DNA of 64,000 nucleotides from Sandaracinaceae bacterium (GCA_044220955.1 JBGAQA010000012.1:46848-110847); one strand, 5' to 3'; counted from the stretch's first letter, positions 1-10,550 are shown. Numbers and translations are program-made. The notes: generated from the letters alone by a model not told the origin.

Positions 1-125
1 AGGTTGTGCGCGATCGCCGCGAGGTCGATCTCGGCGCGCGTCGGCCGCATCGACTCGTCGGCGAGCTCGATGCGCGAGCGGAACGTCAGCGTGTGCTCGG
101 GGCGTCGCAAGGCGGCGTGGGTCAT
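1..125 (-). CDS. alr: Alanine racemase, 5' part (runs off the window edge)
   Basis: Manual translation from ATG 125: MTHAALRRPEHTLTFRSRIELADESMRPTRAEIDLAAIAHN. RPTxAEIDLxAIxHN is the typical Alr N-terminus. Not in the ORF track. Confidence 0.75.
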   Translation of the reverse strand, partial: MTHAALRRPEHTLTFRSRIELADESMRPTRAEIDLAAIAHN

Positions 126-183
126 GCGTACCACGAGAACGCACGACCCCGCGCGCGACCTTCCCGAGCGCGCCCGCGCCGCG

Positions 184-1083
184 TCAGCGACTCCCTTCGG
201 GCAGCGGAGGCACCGTCTGCAGGTACATCCAGATCGCGCCGATCTCGTCGTCGGTCAGGCGGCCGATGGCCGGATACGGCATCTGCGTGGCCGAGATCTG
301 CTCGCCGCCGGGACGCCGGCCCTCGCGGAGCACGGTGCGGAACTGCTCCTCGGTCCAGCCGCGCAGGCCGGTCTCGTGCTGGGTGAGGTTGAGCGGCGTC
401 CCGAGCTCGGGGGGCGCGCCCGGGATGGGACCGCCCGAGAAGTGATCGCCGTGACAGCCGCTGCAGAGCCGCGCCAGGTAGGCGCCGAACTCCACGTTCC
501 GTCCGGGCGCCGGGTCGGGATCGCTGACGTGGGCGTGGTCGATCGCGCTGGCCGGGAATAGACAGAAGCCGCCAGCGAGGTCCACGACGCGCGCGATCAT
601 CCCGGGCTCGCAGGCCGGCTGGGCGTCGCTCACGAGCGGCAGCGATCGGACGTAGGCGACGATGAGGCCCAGCTCGTGGTCGCTCATGTCCTCGAAGTCC
701 CGCGACGGCATGAAGATCAGCGAGCGCCCGTCGGAGCGGAGGCCGTGGCGCACGGCCCGATCCCAGTCGGCAGGCTGGAAGCCCTGCGCGGCGATGGTGA
801 GGTTCGCGGCGGCGATCGTGCCGAGCGGGCCGCCTTGCATCATCACGTGCCCCGCTCCGTCGGCCCCGTGGCAGTCGGCGCCGCCGCAGCCGCGCGAGAC
901 GAAGAGCCGCTCGCCTTCGGCCAGCGACGCTGGGTCGGAAGGGATCTCGAACGTCGCACCGTCGACGTCGTAGTGCCGGTTCTGCTTGCTGACGCTCGTG
1001 CCGTACACGGCCCCGACCAAGAGGAACATCAGCCCGACGATGCTCAGGAGCCCGATCCCAAGGCGCTTGCCCCACTTCTTCAT
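184..1083 (-). CDS. Membrane-anchored di-heme c-type cytochrome
   Basis: N-terminal TM helix, heme motifs CGGADCH and CSGCH, NLT motifs, and distal MP motifs (FMPS, QMPY). GAGGGAGG-type RBS before ATG 1083. Confidence 0.85.
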   Translation of the reverse strand: MKKWGKRLGIGLLSIVGLMFLLVGAVYGTSVSKQNRHYDVDGATFEIPSDPASLAEGERLFVSRGCGGADCHGADGAGHVMMQGGPLGTIAAANLTIAAQGFQPADWDRAVRHGLRSDGRSLIFMPSRDFEDMSDHELGLIVAYVRSLPLVSDAQPACEPGMIARVVDLAGGFCLFPASAIDHAHVSDPDPAPGRNVEFGAYLARLCSGCHGDHFSGGPIPGAPPELGTPLNLTQHETGLRGWTEEQFRTVLREGRRPGGEQISATQMPYPAIGRLTDDEIGAIWMYLQTVPPLPEGSR

Positions 1084-1235
1084 TGCACGACCCTCCCTCG
1101 CCGCGCCCCCGAGCACTGCGCGTGCCCGCCGCGGAACGCGCGAATTTAGCGAGTTTTCGAAGCCGGCGATCGGAAATCCGACGCCAGGGTCCGGACGAGC
1201 GGACGCGCGCGGGCGATCGGTGTAGCGTTCGGCGC

Positions 1236-1721
1236 ATGATCCAGATCGGCGACCCGCTCCCCGACGCCACGCTCACCGAGTCGCTGGAATTCGGCGACGC
1301 GTGCCCGCTACCGCCGCAGAAGCACAGCGCGGCCGAGCTGGCGAAGGGCAAGCGGATCGTCGTCTTCGGCGTGCCCGGCGCCTTCACCCCGACGTGCTCG
1401 GCCAAGCACGTGCCCGGCTACCTCGAGCACCTCGACGCGCTCAAGGGCAAAGGGGTGGACGAGGTCTGGTGCGTGTCGGTCAACGACGGCTACGTCATGG
1501 CCGAGTGGGGCAAGCACCAGAAAGGCCTCGGCAAGATCCGCTTCCTCGGCGACGGCGAGGCGGACCTCGCGAAGAAGCTCGGGCTCGACGAGGCCATGCC
1601 CGGCATGGGCGTACGGGTGAAGCGCTTCTCGATGCTCGTCGATCAGGGCGTGGTGAAGCAGATCAACGTCGGCAAGGTCGAGGTGAGCGGCGCCGAGGCG
1701 ATGCTCGCGCAGCTCGGCTGA
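1236..1721 (+). CDS. Peroxiredoxin (Prx5/redoxin family)
   Basis: PGAFTPTCS peroxidatic motif, VSVND, RFSMLVD. Confidence 0.92.
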   Translation: MIQIGDPLPDATLTESLEFGDACPLPPQKHSAAELAKGKRIVVFGVPGAFTPTCSAKHVPGYLEHLDALKGKGVDEVWCVSVNDGYVMAEWGKHQKGLGKIRFLGDGEADLAKKLGLDEAMPGMGVRVKRFSMLVDQGVVKQINVGKVEVSGAEAMLAQLG

Positions 1722-1735
1722 CCCGAGGAGAGGCG

Positions 1736-2458
1736 ATGGACGACGAGCGGCGACTCCGGATCGATCTCGCGGCCTGCTACCGGCTCATCGCGCTCTTCGG
1801 CTGGGACGATCTCGTCTTCACGCACGTGTCCGTGAAGCTCCCGGCAGAGGAAGCGTTCCTGATCAACCCGTACGGGATGCTCTTCGACGAGATCACCGCG
1901 TCGTCGCTCGTGAAGATCGACGCCCAGGGGAACAAGCTCGGGCCGAGCCCGCACCCGGTGAACCCCGCGGGCTTCGTCATCCACAGCGCGATCCACGCCG
2001 CGCGCCACGACGTCGTGTGCGTGCTGCACGTGCACACCGTCGCGGGCGTCGCGGTCTCCGCGCAGAGGGGCGGTCTCTTGCCCATCTCGCAGCAGTCGAC
2101 GATCGCGCTCGCCTCGATCGGCTACCACGACTACGAGGGCATCGCGCTGCGCGACGACGAGAAGCCGCGCCTCGTGAAGGACCTCGGCGACGCGACGTGC
2201 CTCGTCCTGCGCAACCACGGCCTGCTCACGGTCGGTGCGAGCGTCGCCGACGCGTTCCTCTCCATGTACAACCTGCAGCGCTCGTGCGAGATCCAGATCG
2301 CGGCGCAGGCGGGCGGCGAGCTCGTGAGCGTCGAGCCGCGCATCACCGCGGGCGTCAAGCAGAACGTCGCGACGGTGACGCGCGGCATGGGCGGCAGCCT
2401 CGCGTGGCCGGGCCTCTTGCGGCGTCTCGATCGACTCAGCCCCGGCTATGCGGCCTGA
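1736..2458 (+). CDS. Class II aldolase/adducin family protein
   Basis: LAACYR, FTHVS, FLINPYG, FVIHSAIH, HVHT and LRNHG motifs. GGAG RBS. Confidence 0.92.
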   Translation: MDDERRLRIDLAACYRLIALFGWDDLVFTHVSVKLPAEEAFLINPYGMLFDEITASSLVKIDAQGNKLGPSPHPVNPAGFVIHSAIHAARHDVVCVLHVHTVAGVAVSAQRGGLLPISQQSTIALASIGYHDYEGIALRDDEKPRLVKDLGDATCLVLRNHGLLTVGASVADAFLSMYNLQRSCEIQIAAQAGGELVSVEPRITAGVKQNVATVTRGMGGSLAWPGLLRRLDRLSPGYAA

Positions 2459-2504
2459 CGCCGGGCGGACAGGTCTCGAGCGGCCCTGCGTACGATAGGG
2501 ACGC

Positions 2505-3992
2505 GTGACCTCGATCCAAGCCGGCACCCGGATCGCCGATCGCTACCGCATCGAGTCGTTGCTCGCGTCGGGAGGCATGGGCGCCGTCTACCGCGCGACG
2601 GACGAGCGCCTCTCGCGCGCGGTCGCGATCAAGATCCTGCTCGCCGAGATCGCGGCGGACGCGACGCAGGTCGCGCGCTTCGAGCGCGAGGCCATCGCGT
2701 CCGCGCGGCTGAGCCATCCCGGGATCATCCAGGTCCACGATTTCGGGAAGACCGACGCTGGCGTCGCGTACCTCGTGATGGAGCTGATCAGCGGCCAGAC
2801 GCTCTCGAGCGTGCTCGATCGGTCGCGCCTGACGCCGAAGCGCGCGGTCGACATCGTCGACCAGGCGCTCGCCGCGCTCGCCGCCGCACATGGCGCCGGG
2901 ATCATCCACCGCGACCTCAAGCCGGCGAACCTGATGCTCGTGCCGCTCGGTGGCGAGCGCGAGCACGTGAAGATCCTCGACTTCGGCATCGCGCAGCTCA
3001 AGTCGGGCGAGGCGTACGCGCGGCTGACCGCCACCGGCGACGTCGTCGGGACGCCCTCCTTCATGTCGCCCGAGCAGGCCCGGGGGGAGCCGTGCGATCC
3101 GCGCGCCGACCTGTACTCGATGGGGATGGTGCTCTGGTGCTGCCTCACCGGGCAGCGCCCCTGGAACTACCCGCACGTGGCGCAGATCATCGTCGCCGTG
3201 CAGTCCGAGATGCCGCGGCGCGCCGATCGCGTGACCGCGGACGTCCCGAAGGCGGTCGCGACGGTGGTGGAGAAGGCGATCGCGAAGCGCGCGCAGGATC
3301 GCTTCGCCAGCGCCGCGGAGTTCGCGGCCGAGCTGCGCAAGGCCGCGAACGCGATCGCGCCTGGCACGCGCGCGCCGGTCCCGCAGACGGCGGCGAGCCC
3401 CCTCGGCGCCAGGCTGAGCCCCGCGGACCTCGGGCGCGCCGCGCTGCCCGTCGCGGCCGCGGCGTCCCCACCCGCACCGACGGCGCCCCCTGCGACGCCT
3501 TCGCCCGCCCCGACCGCGCCCGCGACGCCCATCGCGCTCGCGCCGCGCGCCATCACCGCGGCGCCCCTCGCCGCGCCCGCGACGCCGACGCCGACGGCGC
3601 CGCCCGAGCGCGAGCCCAGGCCGAAGCGCCGCTGGTGGCTGCGGATCACGCTCGCGCTCGTCGCGCTGGTCGCGCTCGGCGGGGTTGCCACCCTGGCGCT
3701 CGTGGCGGTCTTGGGGGTGATGGGCCTCTCGTGGTTCGCGAGCCTGCCGAACGCACGGCACCCCGCGCCCGGCTTCGGAGTGCAGCCCGCGGCGCTCGCG
3801 CCGGACCCGACCTGCGCTGCGGCCGCGCGTTGCTGCGCGCTCGGCGGCGGCGACTCGTCCGAGTGCACCTCGTACCTGTCCGAGCCGCTCGACCTCGATC
3901 GATGCCGGCAAGCGATCGGCTCGTACGGCGACGCGATCACCGCCGAGGGCGAGGACGCGACGCCGTGCTCACCGACCTACGCGGGTCCCTGA
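2505..3992 (+). CDS. Hanks-type Ser/Thr protein kinase with TM helix and small Cys-rich extracellular domain
   Basis: [24 protein letters not shown] and MSPEQ motifs, then a Pro/Ala linker, a TM helix and a Cys-rich tail. Confidence 0.93.
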   Translation: MTSIQAGTRIADRYRIESLLASGGMGAVYRATDERLSRAVAIKILLAEIAADATQVARFEREAIASARLSHPGIIQVHDFGKTDAGVAYLVMELISGQTLSSVLDRSRLTPKRAVDIVDQALAALAAAHGAGIIHRDLKPANLMLVPLGGEREHVKILDFGIAQLKSGEAYARLTATGDVVGTPSFMSPEQARGEPCDPRADLYSMGMVLWCCLTGQRPWNYPHVAQIIVAVQSEMPRRADRVTADVPKAVATVVEKAIAKRAQDRFASAAEFAAELRKAANAIAPGTRAPVPQTAASPLGARLSPADLGRAALPVAAAASPPAPTAPPATPSPAPTAPATPIALAPRAITAAPLAAPATPTPTAPPEREPRPKRRWWLRITLALVALVALGGVATLALVAVLGVMGLSWFASLPNARHPAPGFGVQPAALAPDPTCAAAARCCALGGGDSSECTSYLSEPLDLDRCRQAIGSYGDAITAEGEDATPCSPTYAGP

Positions 3993-4056
3993 CCGGCACG
4001 CTGGGCCGCGGAGGTCGGCCGCGGAGGCGGGCCCGAGCTGGCGAGCGCTCCCGCCG

Positions 4057-4476
4057 TCACTCGGCCGCGTCGGCGAGCGGATAGAGCGACTTGTTCTCGA
4101 GGCTCATGCGGCGCCCGAGCTGCTCGAAGCAGCCGAGCACGTCGAGGATGAACTCGCGCGGCTTGCCCGCCAGTGCTTCGGCGCTCGGCCACCGCTGCTC
4201 GAGGCGATCGAACATCGCGTAGAGCGTCCCGACCTCGTCGAGGAGACGGCTCGCCTCCCGTCGTACGCGCGGGTCCGCGTGCATCATGAGATCGGGGTAG
4301 AGCGCCTCGTTCTCCATCCGCGCGTGGACGCGGAGCTTGCCGCCGAAGCGGGCGAGCGCCGTGCGGATGCCCCTCGCGTCGCTCTCGACCGCCTCCACGG
4401 AGAGGCGGTTGCGGATGTCGAGGGCGAGCGTCGCGAGCTCCGCATGCTGCCTCCGAAAGGTCTCCGTGCGGGCCAT
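4057..4476 (-). CDS. Hemerythrin-like domain protein
   Basis: QHAEL, HARMENEALYP and RMSLENKSLYP helices (HHE-like pattern). Confidence 0.75.
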   Translation of the reverse strand: MARTETFRRQHAELATLALDIRNRLSVEAVESDARGIRTALARFGGKLRVHARMENEALYPDLMMHADPRVRREASRLLDEVGTLYAMFDRLEQRWPSAEALAGKPREFILDVLGCFEQLGRRMSLENKSLYPLADAAE

Positions 4477-4547
4477 GACCTAGGTACGCTCCGACCCGAG
4501 CTTCGGATCGACGCGGGCTGCGGTTATCTGCGATTCTCCGCGCCCAC

Positions 4548-6089
4548 ATGGCCTCCCTCGTCCAGCGGCTCCTCGCCCGCAAGCCGATCGCCGACCTCGA
4601 CCCCGAGACGGAGGACAAGTCCGGGCTGAAACGCTCGCTCGGCGCGATGGATCTCGTGTTCCTGGCGATCGGGGCCGTCATCGGCGCCGGGATCTTCGGC
4701 TCGATCGGCACGGCCGCGGCGGGCGAGATCCGGGTCGACGACGCCGGTGTCAGCCACGTGGTGCGCTACGGGGCCGGCCCCGCGCTGATCGTCTCGTTCC
4801 TCTTGCTCGGCGTGGTGTGCGGCCTCTGCGCGCTCTGCTACGCGGAGCTCGCGTCGATGATTCCGCAAGCGGGCAGCGCCTACGCGTACTCGTACGCGAC
4901 GCTCGGCGAGCTCGTGGCGTGGATCATCGGCTGGGACCTCATCCTCGAGTACGCCGTCGGCAACGTGGCCGTCGCCATCGCATGGGGGAACTACTTCCAG
5001 TCCCTGCTCGAGGCGGCCGGTCTCGGGCTGCCTCCGTGGCTCGTGCACGGCTACTGGGACGTCGCGCTCAGCACCAACCCCGGCGTGCACGCCCTGCTCG
5101 AGAGCGCGCCCCACGTGCTGGGCATCCCCGTGCTGGTCAACCTGCCTGCGTTCCTCATCGTCGCCGTCATCACCGGCCTGCTGCTCGTGGGCGTGAGGGA
5201 GAGCGCGCGCGCCAACAACGCGATGGTGCTGGTGAAGCTCGGCGTCCTCGCGCTCTTCTGCGCGATGGGGGCGACGCGCATCGACACGCACTTCTACACG
5301 CCGTTCGCGCCCAACGGCTGGACCGGCATCCACCAGGGCGCCGCGGTGGTGTTCTTCGCCTACATCGGGTTCGACGCGATCTCGTGCGCCGCCGAGGAGA
5401 CGCGCAACCCGCAGCGAAACCTTCCGATCGGCATCATCGGCGGCCTGGCGATCTGCACGGTGATCTACGTCCTGGTCGGGCTCGTGATCACCGGCATCGC
5501 TCCCTGGCAGCGGCTGAACGAGCAGGGCGATCCCCTGGCGTTCGCGCTCGAGTACGCGGGCCTGCCGGTCGTCTCGTGGCTGGTGAGCTTCGGCGCGGTC
5601 GTGTCCATGACGGCCGTCCTGCTCGTGTTCCAGTACGGCCAGCCTCGCATCCTGTTCGCGATGGCGCGCGACGGCCTCTTGCCGGAGGCGGCCGCCAAGC
5701 TGCACCCGAAGTACCGCACGCCCTGGGCCATGACGATCATGACGGGGGTGCTCGTCGCGCTCGGCTCGCTCGTCGGCGACGACGACGTGACCTACGACCT
5801 GACCAACATCGGGACCCTCTTCGCGTTCTTCCTCGTCGCGGTCGGCGTCATGGTGCTGCGCGTCACCGACCCGAAGCGGCCGCGCCCCTTCCGCGTTCCC
5901 GCCGTCTGGGTGCTCGCGCCGCTCGGCGCTGCGGCTTGCGTCTACACGATGGCCGGCCTGCCGGGCGAGACGTGGATCCGCTTCTTCGTCTGGCTCGCGA
6001 TCGGGCTCGTCTTCTACGCCGCGTACGGCTACCGACGCTCGCGGCTCCGCGTGGCCGCTGGCGTCACAGGGGGAAGCAGCCCCGGGTGA
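4548..6089 (+). CDS. APC-family amino acid permease
   Basis: IGAVIGAGIF, YAELASMIP.AGSAY, FFAYIGFDA and MARDGLLP motifs with many TM helices. Confidence 0.95.
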   Translation: MASLVQRLLARKPIADLDPETEDKSGLKRSLGAMDLVFLAIGAVIGAGIFGSIGTAAAGEIRVDDAGVSHVVRYGAGPALIVSFLLLGVVCGLCALCYAELASMIPQAGSAYAYSYATLGELVAWIIGWDLILEYAVGNVAVAIAWGNYFQSLLEAAGLGLPPWLVHGYWDVALSTNPGVHALLESAPHVLGIPVLVNLPAFLIVAVITGLLLVGVRESARANNAMVLVKLGVLALFCAMGATRIDTHFYTPFAPNGWTGIHQGAAVVFFAYIGFDAISCAAEETRNPQRNLPIGIIGGLAICTVIYVLVGLVITGIAPWQRLNEQGDPLAFALEYAGLPVVSWLVSFGAVVSMTAVLLVFQYGQPRILFAMARDGLLPEAAAKLHPKYRTPWAMTIMTGVLVALGSLVGDDDVTYDLTNIGTLFAFFLVAVGVMVLRVTDPKRPRPFRVPAVWVLAPLGAAACVYTMAGLPGETWIRFFVWLAIGLVFYAAYGYRRSRLRVAAGVTGGSSPG

Positions 6090-6912
6090 GCGGGTTGCAG
6101 GCGACGAGGCACTCCGCGACCGTGTAACACATGCACGATCCCGCGACGCAGTGGGACGAGAGGCTCGAGTCGCAGGCGTTCGTGCAGCTGCCGCAGTGAT
6201 CCATCGTGGTCTGCGTGTTGATGCAGGCGCCGGTACAGCACTCCTGGCTCGCCGTGCACGTCCGGCCACACGCCCCGCAGTGCGCGACCGAGCCGTTCGT
6301 GTCGACGCACGAGCCGCCGCAGCAGGTCGTGCCTCCGGTGCACGCGGGGTGGGTGCCGCACTGGCAGACCCCGGCGACGCACGACTCCCCCGTCGCGCAC
6401 GACGGCGTGCACGTCGAGGGTGGGACGCACGAACCGCCGACGCAGCTGTCGCCCGCGGCGCAGACCATCGTGCAGGACCCGCAGTGTGACGTGCTGGTCG
6501 AGGTGTTCACGCACGAGCCGCTGCAGCAGGTGCTCGACCCCATGCACGCGGCGCCCGAGCCGCAGCGGCAGGTGCCGCCGCTGCACGTCTCACCGGCTCC
6601 ACACGCGGGCGAGCACGCCGTCGCGGCGTCGCGCCCCGCGTCGTTGCCGGCGTCCCGCAGGCCCGTGTCGGGCGTCACCCCGCCCATGTCGGGCGTCATC
6701 CCGCCCATGTCAGGCGTCATCCCGCCCATGTCGGGCGTCATCCCGCCCATGTCGGGCGTCATCCCGCCCATGTCGGGCGTTCCACCGCCGTCACGGCCCG
6801 CGTCCATGCCACGACCCGCATCGTCACCAGGCTCGCGGCCGTTGCCCTTCGCGCAGCCGACCCCGATCAGCGCGGTTGCTGCGAGCAGCACGAACGAAAC
6901 GCGTGCGAGCAT
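6064..6912 (-). CDS. Cys-rich myxobacterial lipoprotein with TPDMGGM tandem repeats
   Basis: Lipobox GVGC, repeat linker, and repeated CC.G.CV.T......HCG.C...C modules. Confidence 0.75.
   Translation of the reverse strand: MLARVSFVLLAATALIGVGCAKGNGREPGDDAGRGMDAGRDGGGTPDMGGMTPDMGGMTPDMGGMTPDMGGMTPDMGGVTPDTGLRDAGNDAGRDAATACSPACGAGETCSGGTCRCGSGAACMGSSTCCSGSCVNTSTSTSHCGSCTMVCAAGDSCVGGSCVPPSTCTPSCATGESCVAGVCQCGTHPACTGGTTCCGGSCVDTNGSVAHCGACGRTCTASQECCTGACINTQTTMDHCGSCTNACDSSLSSHCVAGSCMCYTVAECLVACNPLTRGCFPL
6666..6780. repeat. 21-bp coding tandem repeat, about 5.5 copies (TGTCGGGCGTCATCCCGCCCA)
   Basis: Directly visible. Encodes TPDMGGM on the minus strand. Confidence 0.95.
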
Positions 6913-7000
6913 CCTGGCTCCCGTTCGCCGAAGGTTCGACGAAGCGCAGATCGTAACGTTGCATTCGCCGCCCGATCAAGCGACGTTGCGCACACCCGTC

Positions 7001-7522
7001 ATGGCCCCCCCGAGCGAGCGCCCGAGCGAGGGCAAGCTCCGCTGTGCGCCGCTGGCTCCCCCCTTCCACGTGGTGCTGCACGAGCCGGAGATCCCTCCCA
7101 ACACCGGGTCGGTCGCGCGGACCTGCGCGGCGACGTCGAGCCCCCTGCACCTCATCAAGCCGCTGGGTTTCCGCATCGACGAGCACGCGGTGAGGCGAGC
7201 CGGCCTCGACTACTGGCACCTCGTCGATCTGCGCGTGCACGACGACTGGGCGGCGTATCGGGCGTCCGAGGCGGGGCGCCGCGTCCACCTCTTCTCGGCG
7301 AACACCGCCGCGAGCTACCTCGAGGCCGACCTCGAGCCGGGCGATGCCCTCGTCTTCGGTCGCGAGTCGGTGGGGCTGCCGGCGTGGCTGCTGGAGCAGC
7401 ACACGGCGCACACCTGGGGGATCCCGACGAGCGGCCCCGTGCGCTCGCTGAACCTCAGCAACGCCGTGGCGATCGTGCTCTACGAGGCGCTGCGCCGCTC
7501 CGGCACGCTCGCACGGCGCTGA
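7001..7522 (+). CDS. trmL: tRNA (cytidine/uridine-34 2'-O)-methyltransferase
   Basis: PEIPPNTG, RRAGLDYW, VFGRESVGLP and RSLNLSN SPOUT motifs. Confidence 0.92.
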   Translation: MAPPSERPSEGKLRCAPLAPPFHVVLHEPEIPPNTGSVARTCAATSSPLHLIKPLGFRIDEHAVRRAGLDYWHLVDLRVHDDWAAYRASEAGRRVHLFSANTAASYLEADLEPGDALVFGRESVGLPAWLLEQHTAHTWGIPTSGPVRSLNLSNAVAIVLYEALRRSGTLARR

Positions 7523-7616
7523 GCGGCCACCGACGCGGCGTTCCCGGCAGGGCGGACCCCGCGCCGAGGCGCGAGCGCGGCGACCCACGGGTCGGCGCCC
7601 ATCGCGGCCGCGTCCT

Positions 7617-9077
7617 TCAGCAGTAGCAGTCGTGCATCGCGGGGCTGACGTCCACCACGGTGTCGAGCCCGCTCATCGTGCGGCCGACGACAGCGCTCTC
7701 GGTGATCCACTCCGGCGAGCCGTCCCCGTCGACGTCGTAGGCCGCCACCGGAACGTGATAGCCGGGGTCGGCCCCGCGGGTGAGCGCCGTCAGCGAGCCG
7801 TCCGCCGCGACCTCGAACGCCGCCCAGAGCGCCCCCGAGAAGTCCGCGCAGCCGCCTGTGCTCGTCGCGGCGACCACGGTGACGTAGCGCCGCGGCGCGC
7901 CCGGGACCGTCCACGTCGTCACCGCGGGGGTCGCGCCCTCGAGCGCGTCCCAGGGTCCCGTCCCGCCGCTCTCGTGCAGAGCGTCGTCGAGCGCACGCCA
8001 CGCGGGCGTGGCGCGGAACGCGACGAGCGCGCGCGCGGCGAGCGCACCCTCCGTCCGCGAAGGCGTGAAGAAGGCCGCCGGAGGCAGCGAGGCGAGCCGC
8101 GCGACGAGCGCGCCGGGGCAAGCGTCGAGGTCCGCCACGAGCATCATGCCCTCGCCCCAGGCGTCGGCCGCGATCTCGGCGGACGTCGCCGGCGTGCCCT
8201 GCGTGCCGTCGTCCGCCTGCCCGTCCCAGCGCTGCTCGACGCCGAAGTGCACGTCCACCCGGCTCAGCACCGAGAGCGCACCGAGCCGCGCGCTGCACGA
8301 CGCGCCGGTCTGGTCCGCCGTCACGATCGACTGGCCGCTCAGGGCCCTCAGCGCAGGGGGGATCTCCTCCTGCCGGACGCGCTCGCGCGTGACGACGACG
8401 GTGTCGCGCACGACCAGCTCCGGCGGCCCCTCGGACCACACCTCGCCGTCCGGCACGCTCTGCAGCACGACCCAGCGCTGCGCCCCGGCCGACACGACGG
8501 GCATGACGGCACCGTGGACGTACACGGTCATGAAGATCGGCCCGAGCGGCGCGGTCGACACGGTCGACGTGATCATCTCTTCGCGCGCGATGCGCAGGCC
8601 CCCGCCCTGGCGCACGACGACGAGCTCCTTCTGGCCCTCGTCGTGATACGAGCCGGCGGTGAAGCTCTGCGCGAGCGACACGGTCGCGACGTCGGGGGCG
8701 ACGTGGATGCTCACGAGCGTGGCCTCGACGTGCAGCGGGCGGGCGAACATCGGGCGGCGGTCCCGCATCCAGCCGGCCCGATCGAAGCGCCGGACGCGCG
8801 GGCCAGACCGGCGGATGCCGTCGAAGCGCGCCGCGTAGAGCGACTCGTAGGCGGTGAAGTCGCCGCCGTTCTGGGCGGCGAGCCAGGCGTCGACGAGGCC
8901 GCGGACGTCCGCTTCGGAGATCGACGGAGATGGCGGGACCGAGGACGTGGGCGCGGGGCTGTGTGGCGAGGAAGACGCGGGCGGCCTCGAGGGTGCCGCG
9001 CGTCGTGGTCACGCGGTGGGCGTAGCCGTCCAGGCGGCCAGCGCCAGCGCCAGCGCCGCGCTCGTGAGACGCAACAT
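7617..9077 (-). CDS. Secreted protein with NTF2/SnoaL-like domain, interrupted by an in-frame TGA at 9009-9011
   Basis: ATG 9077 gives signal peptide MLRLTSAALALALAAWTATPTA*. The same frame continues (SEADVRGLVDAWLAAQNGGDFTAYESLYA...) into the track ORF 7617..8768. A TACAGT -10 box lies 7 nt upstream of ATG 9077. Confidence 0.65.
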
Positions 9078-9108
9078 CGCCCGTACTGTATCCGCTCGCA
9101 GCGCGCGA

Positions 9109-10362
9109 TCAGAGCGCCTTGCGCGGCGGCACTGCGGCGGTGGCCACGAGCACGCCCGTCGCGAGCGCCATCGCGACGAGCGCCATGCGGAAGGCCGTGG
9201 CGACCGCGACCTCGGGCTCGTTCTCGAGCAGCGAGCGAATCGACAAGAAGCCCACGCTGCCCGGCACGAGGAAGAGGATCCCCGGCGTCAGCATCAGGTT
9301 CACCGGCCGGTCCCGCACCCGCGCGAACAGATGCGACGCCGCGCCCACCGCGAGGGCACCGACGAACGCGCCCAGCTCCGCGCCGACCCACGCGCCGCCG
9401 ATCTGCGAGGCGAGCAGCGCGATGGCGACCGCGAGCAGGACCCAGCCCCCGTCCCGGGGACGGGCGCGCAGCAGCACGGTGAACCCGCCGGCGCTCACGA
9501 GCGCCGCCGCGATCGTGGCGGCGCGCGGCAGCGCCTCGGCGGCGGCCGGGGCGTGCGCGCCGGGGGCGAGCTGCGCCGCGACACGACCGAGGGCGACCCC
9601 GAAGCCGAGCTGCAAGAACGTGATGAAGCCGCCCATGAGGCGCGCGGTGCCGCTGACCAGGTTGGCGGTCGCGAGCTCGAGCGTCGCGGTCGTCACGGTG
9701 AGCCCGGGGAGCAGGACGATGATCGCCGCGAGCAGAACGACCGACGGACGCGTCTCGAGGCCCAGGGCGGCGAGCACGCTCGCGATCGAGGAGACGGTGA
9801 ACGCGGCGAGAGACGGCAAGAGGCGCGCCATCGCGGCGAGCTTGCTCGCGGCCGCGTCGAGGGCCCCGACCACCAGCCCGAGCAGCGCCGCGACGGGCAC
9901 GTCGAGCCCGCTGCCGCCGAGCAGCACGGCGGCGGCTGCGCCGATCAGCGCGAACGCGATCGCCGAGACCCACGCCCCGTAGCGAGGCGGGCGCGCGAGG
10001 ATCGCTTCGACGCGCAGCGCCGCGTCGCCGGGCGTGAGCTCTTTCTTCTCCACCCGCGCGACCAGGTCGTGCAGCGCGCCGAGTCGCTCGAGGTCCGTGT
10101 TCCCCGGCTCGACGCGCACGACGCGGGTGCGCACGTCCTGCGGACGCGTGGCGTCCCCCCGCGACATCGTGAGGATGAGGGCCGTGGGCGTGCAGAACGC
10201 ATCGACGTCGAGATCGAGGGCGTCGCCGAGCCGCGCGAGCGCTTCCTCCACCCGATAGGCCGGCATTCCGCAGCCGAGCAGCGCACGCGAGAGCAGCAGG
10301 ACGAACCGGAGCGCCGGATCGAGCCCCTCGGCAGCGTGCTCGGGAAGCGCGTCGGCGCGCAC
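9109..10362 (-). CDS. Threonine/serine exporter (ThrE family)
   Basis: G.PAYRVEE, LLPGLT.T.A..EL, L.SG.ARL and LVPGS motifs with about 10 TM helices. Start uncertain. Confidence 0.88.
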   Translation of the reverse strand: MRADALPEHAAEGLDPALRFVLLLSRALLGCGMPAYRVEEALARLGDALDLDVDAFCTPTALILTMSRGDATRPQDVRTRVVRVEPGNTDLERLGALHDLVARVEKKELTPGDAALRVEAILARPPRYGAWVSAIAFALIGAAAAVLLGGSGLDVPVAALLGLVVGALDAAASKLAAMARLLPSLAAFTVSSIASVLAALGLETRPSVVLLAAIIVLLPGLTVTTATLELATANLVSGTARLMGGFITFLQLGFGVALGRVAAQLAPGAHAPAAAEALPRAATIAAALVSAGGFTVLLRARPRDGGWVLLAVAIALLASQIGGAWVGAELGAFVGALAVGAASHLFARVRDRPVNLMLTPGILFLVPGSVGFLSIRSLLENEPEVAVATAFRMALVAMALATGVLVATAAVPPRKAL

Positions 10363-10550
10363 GAGCGACTCGAGGCTCGATCGCCCGCGCCGGCGCGAGC
10401 GCGAGGTGAGCACGCGCGCTGCCTGTACGATCCAGAGGTCCACGCGGCGCGTGTGTACGCTGCCTGGCCCACGCCGGCCACCCCACGCGCCGCATCGCGC
10501 GCGGGCTCGCGCGCGATGCGCGCGCGCGCGTCCGTGGTATCGATCGAGCG

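Noticed and set aside
6666..6780. Possible CRISPR array
   Set aside because: Contiguous 21-bp units with no unique spacers, in frame within a CDS, and no cas genes.
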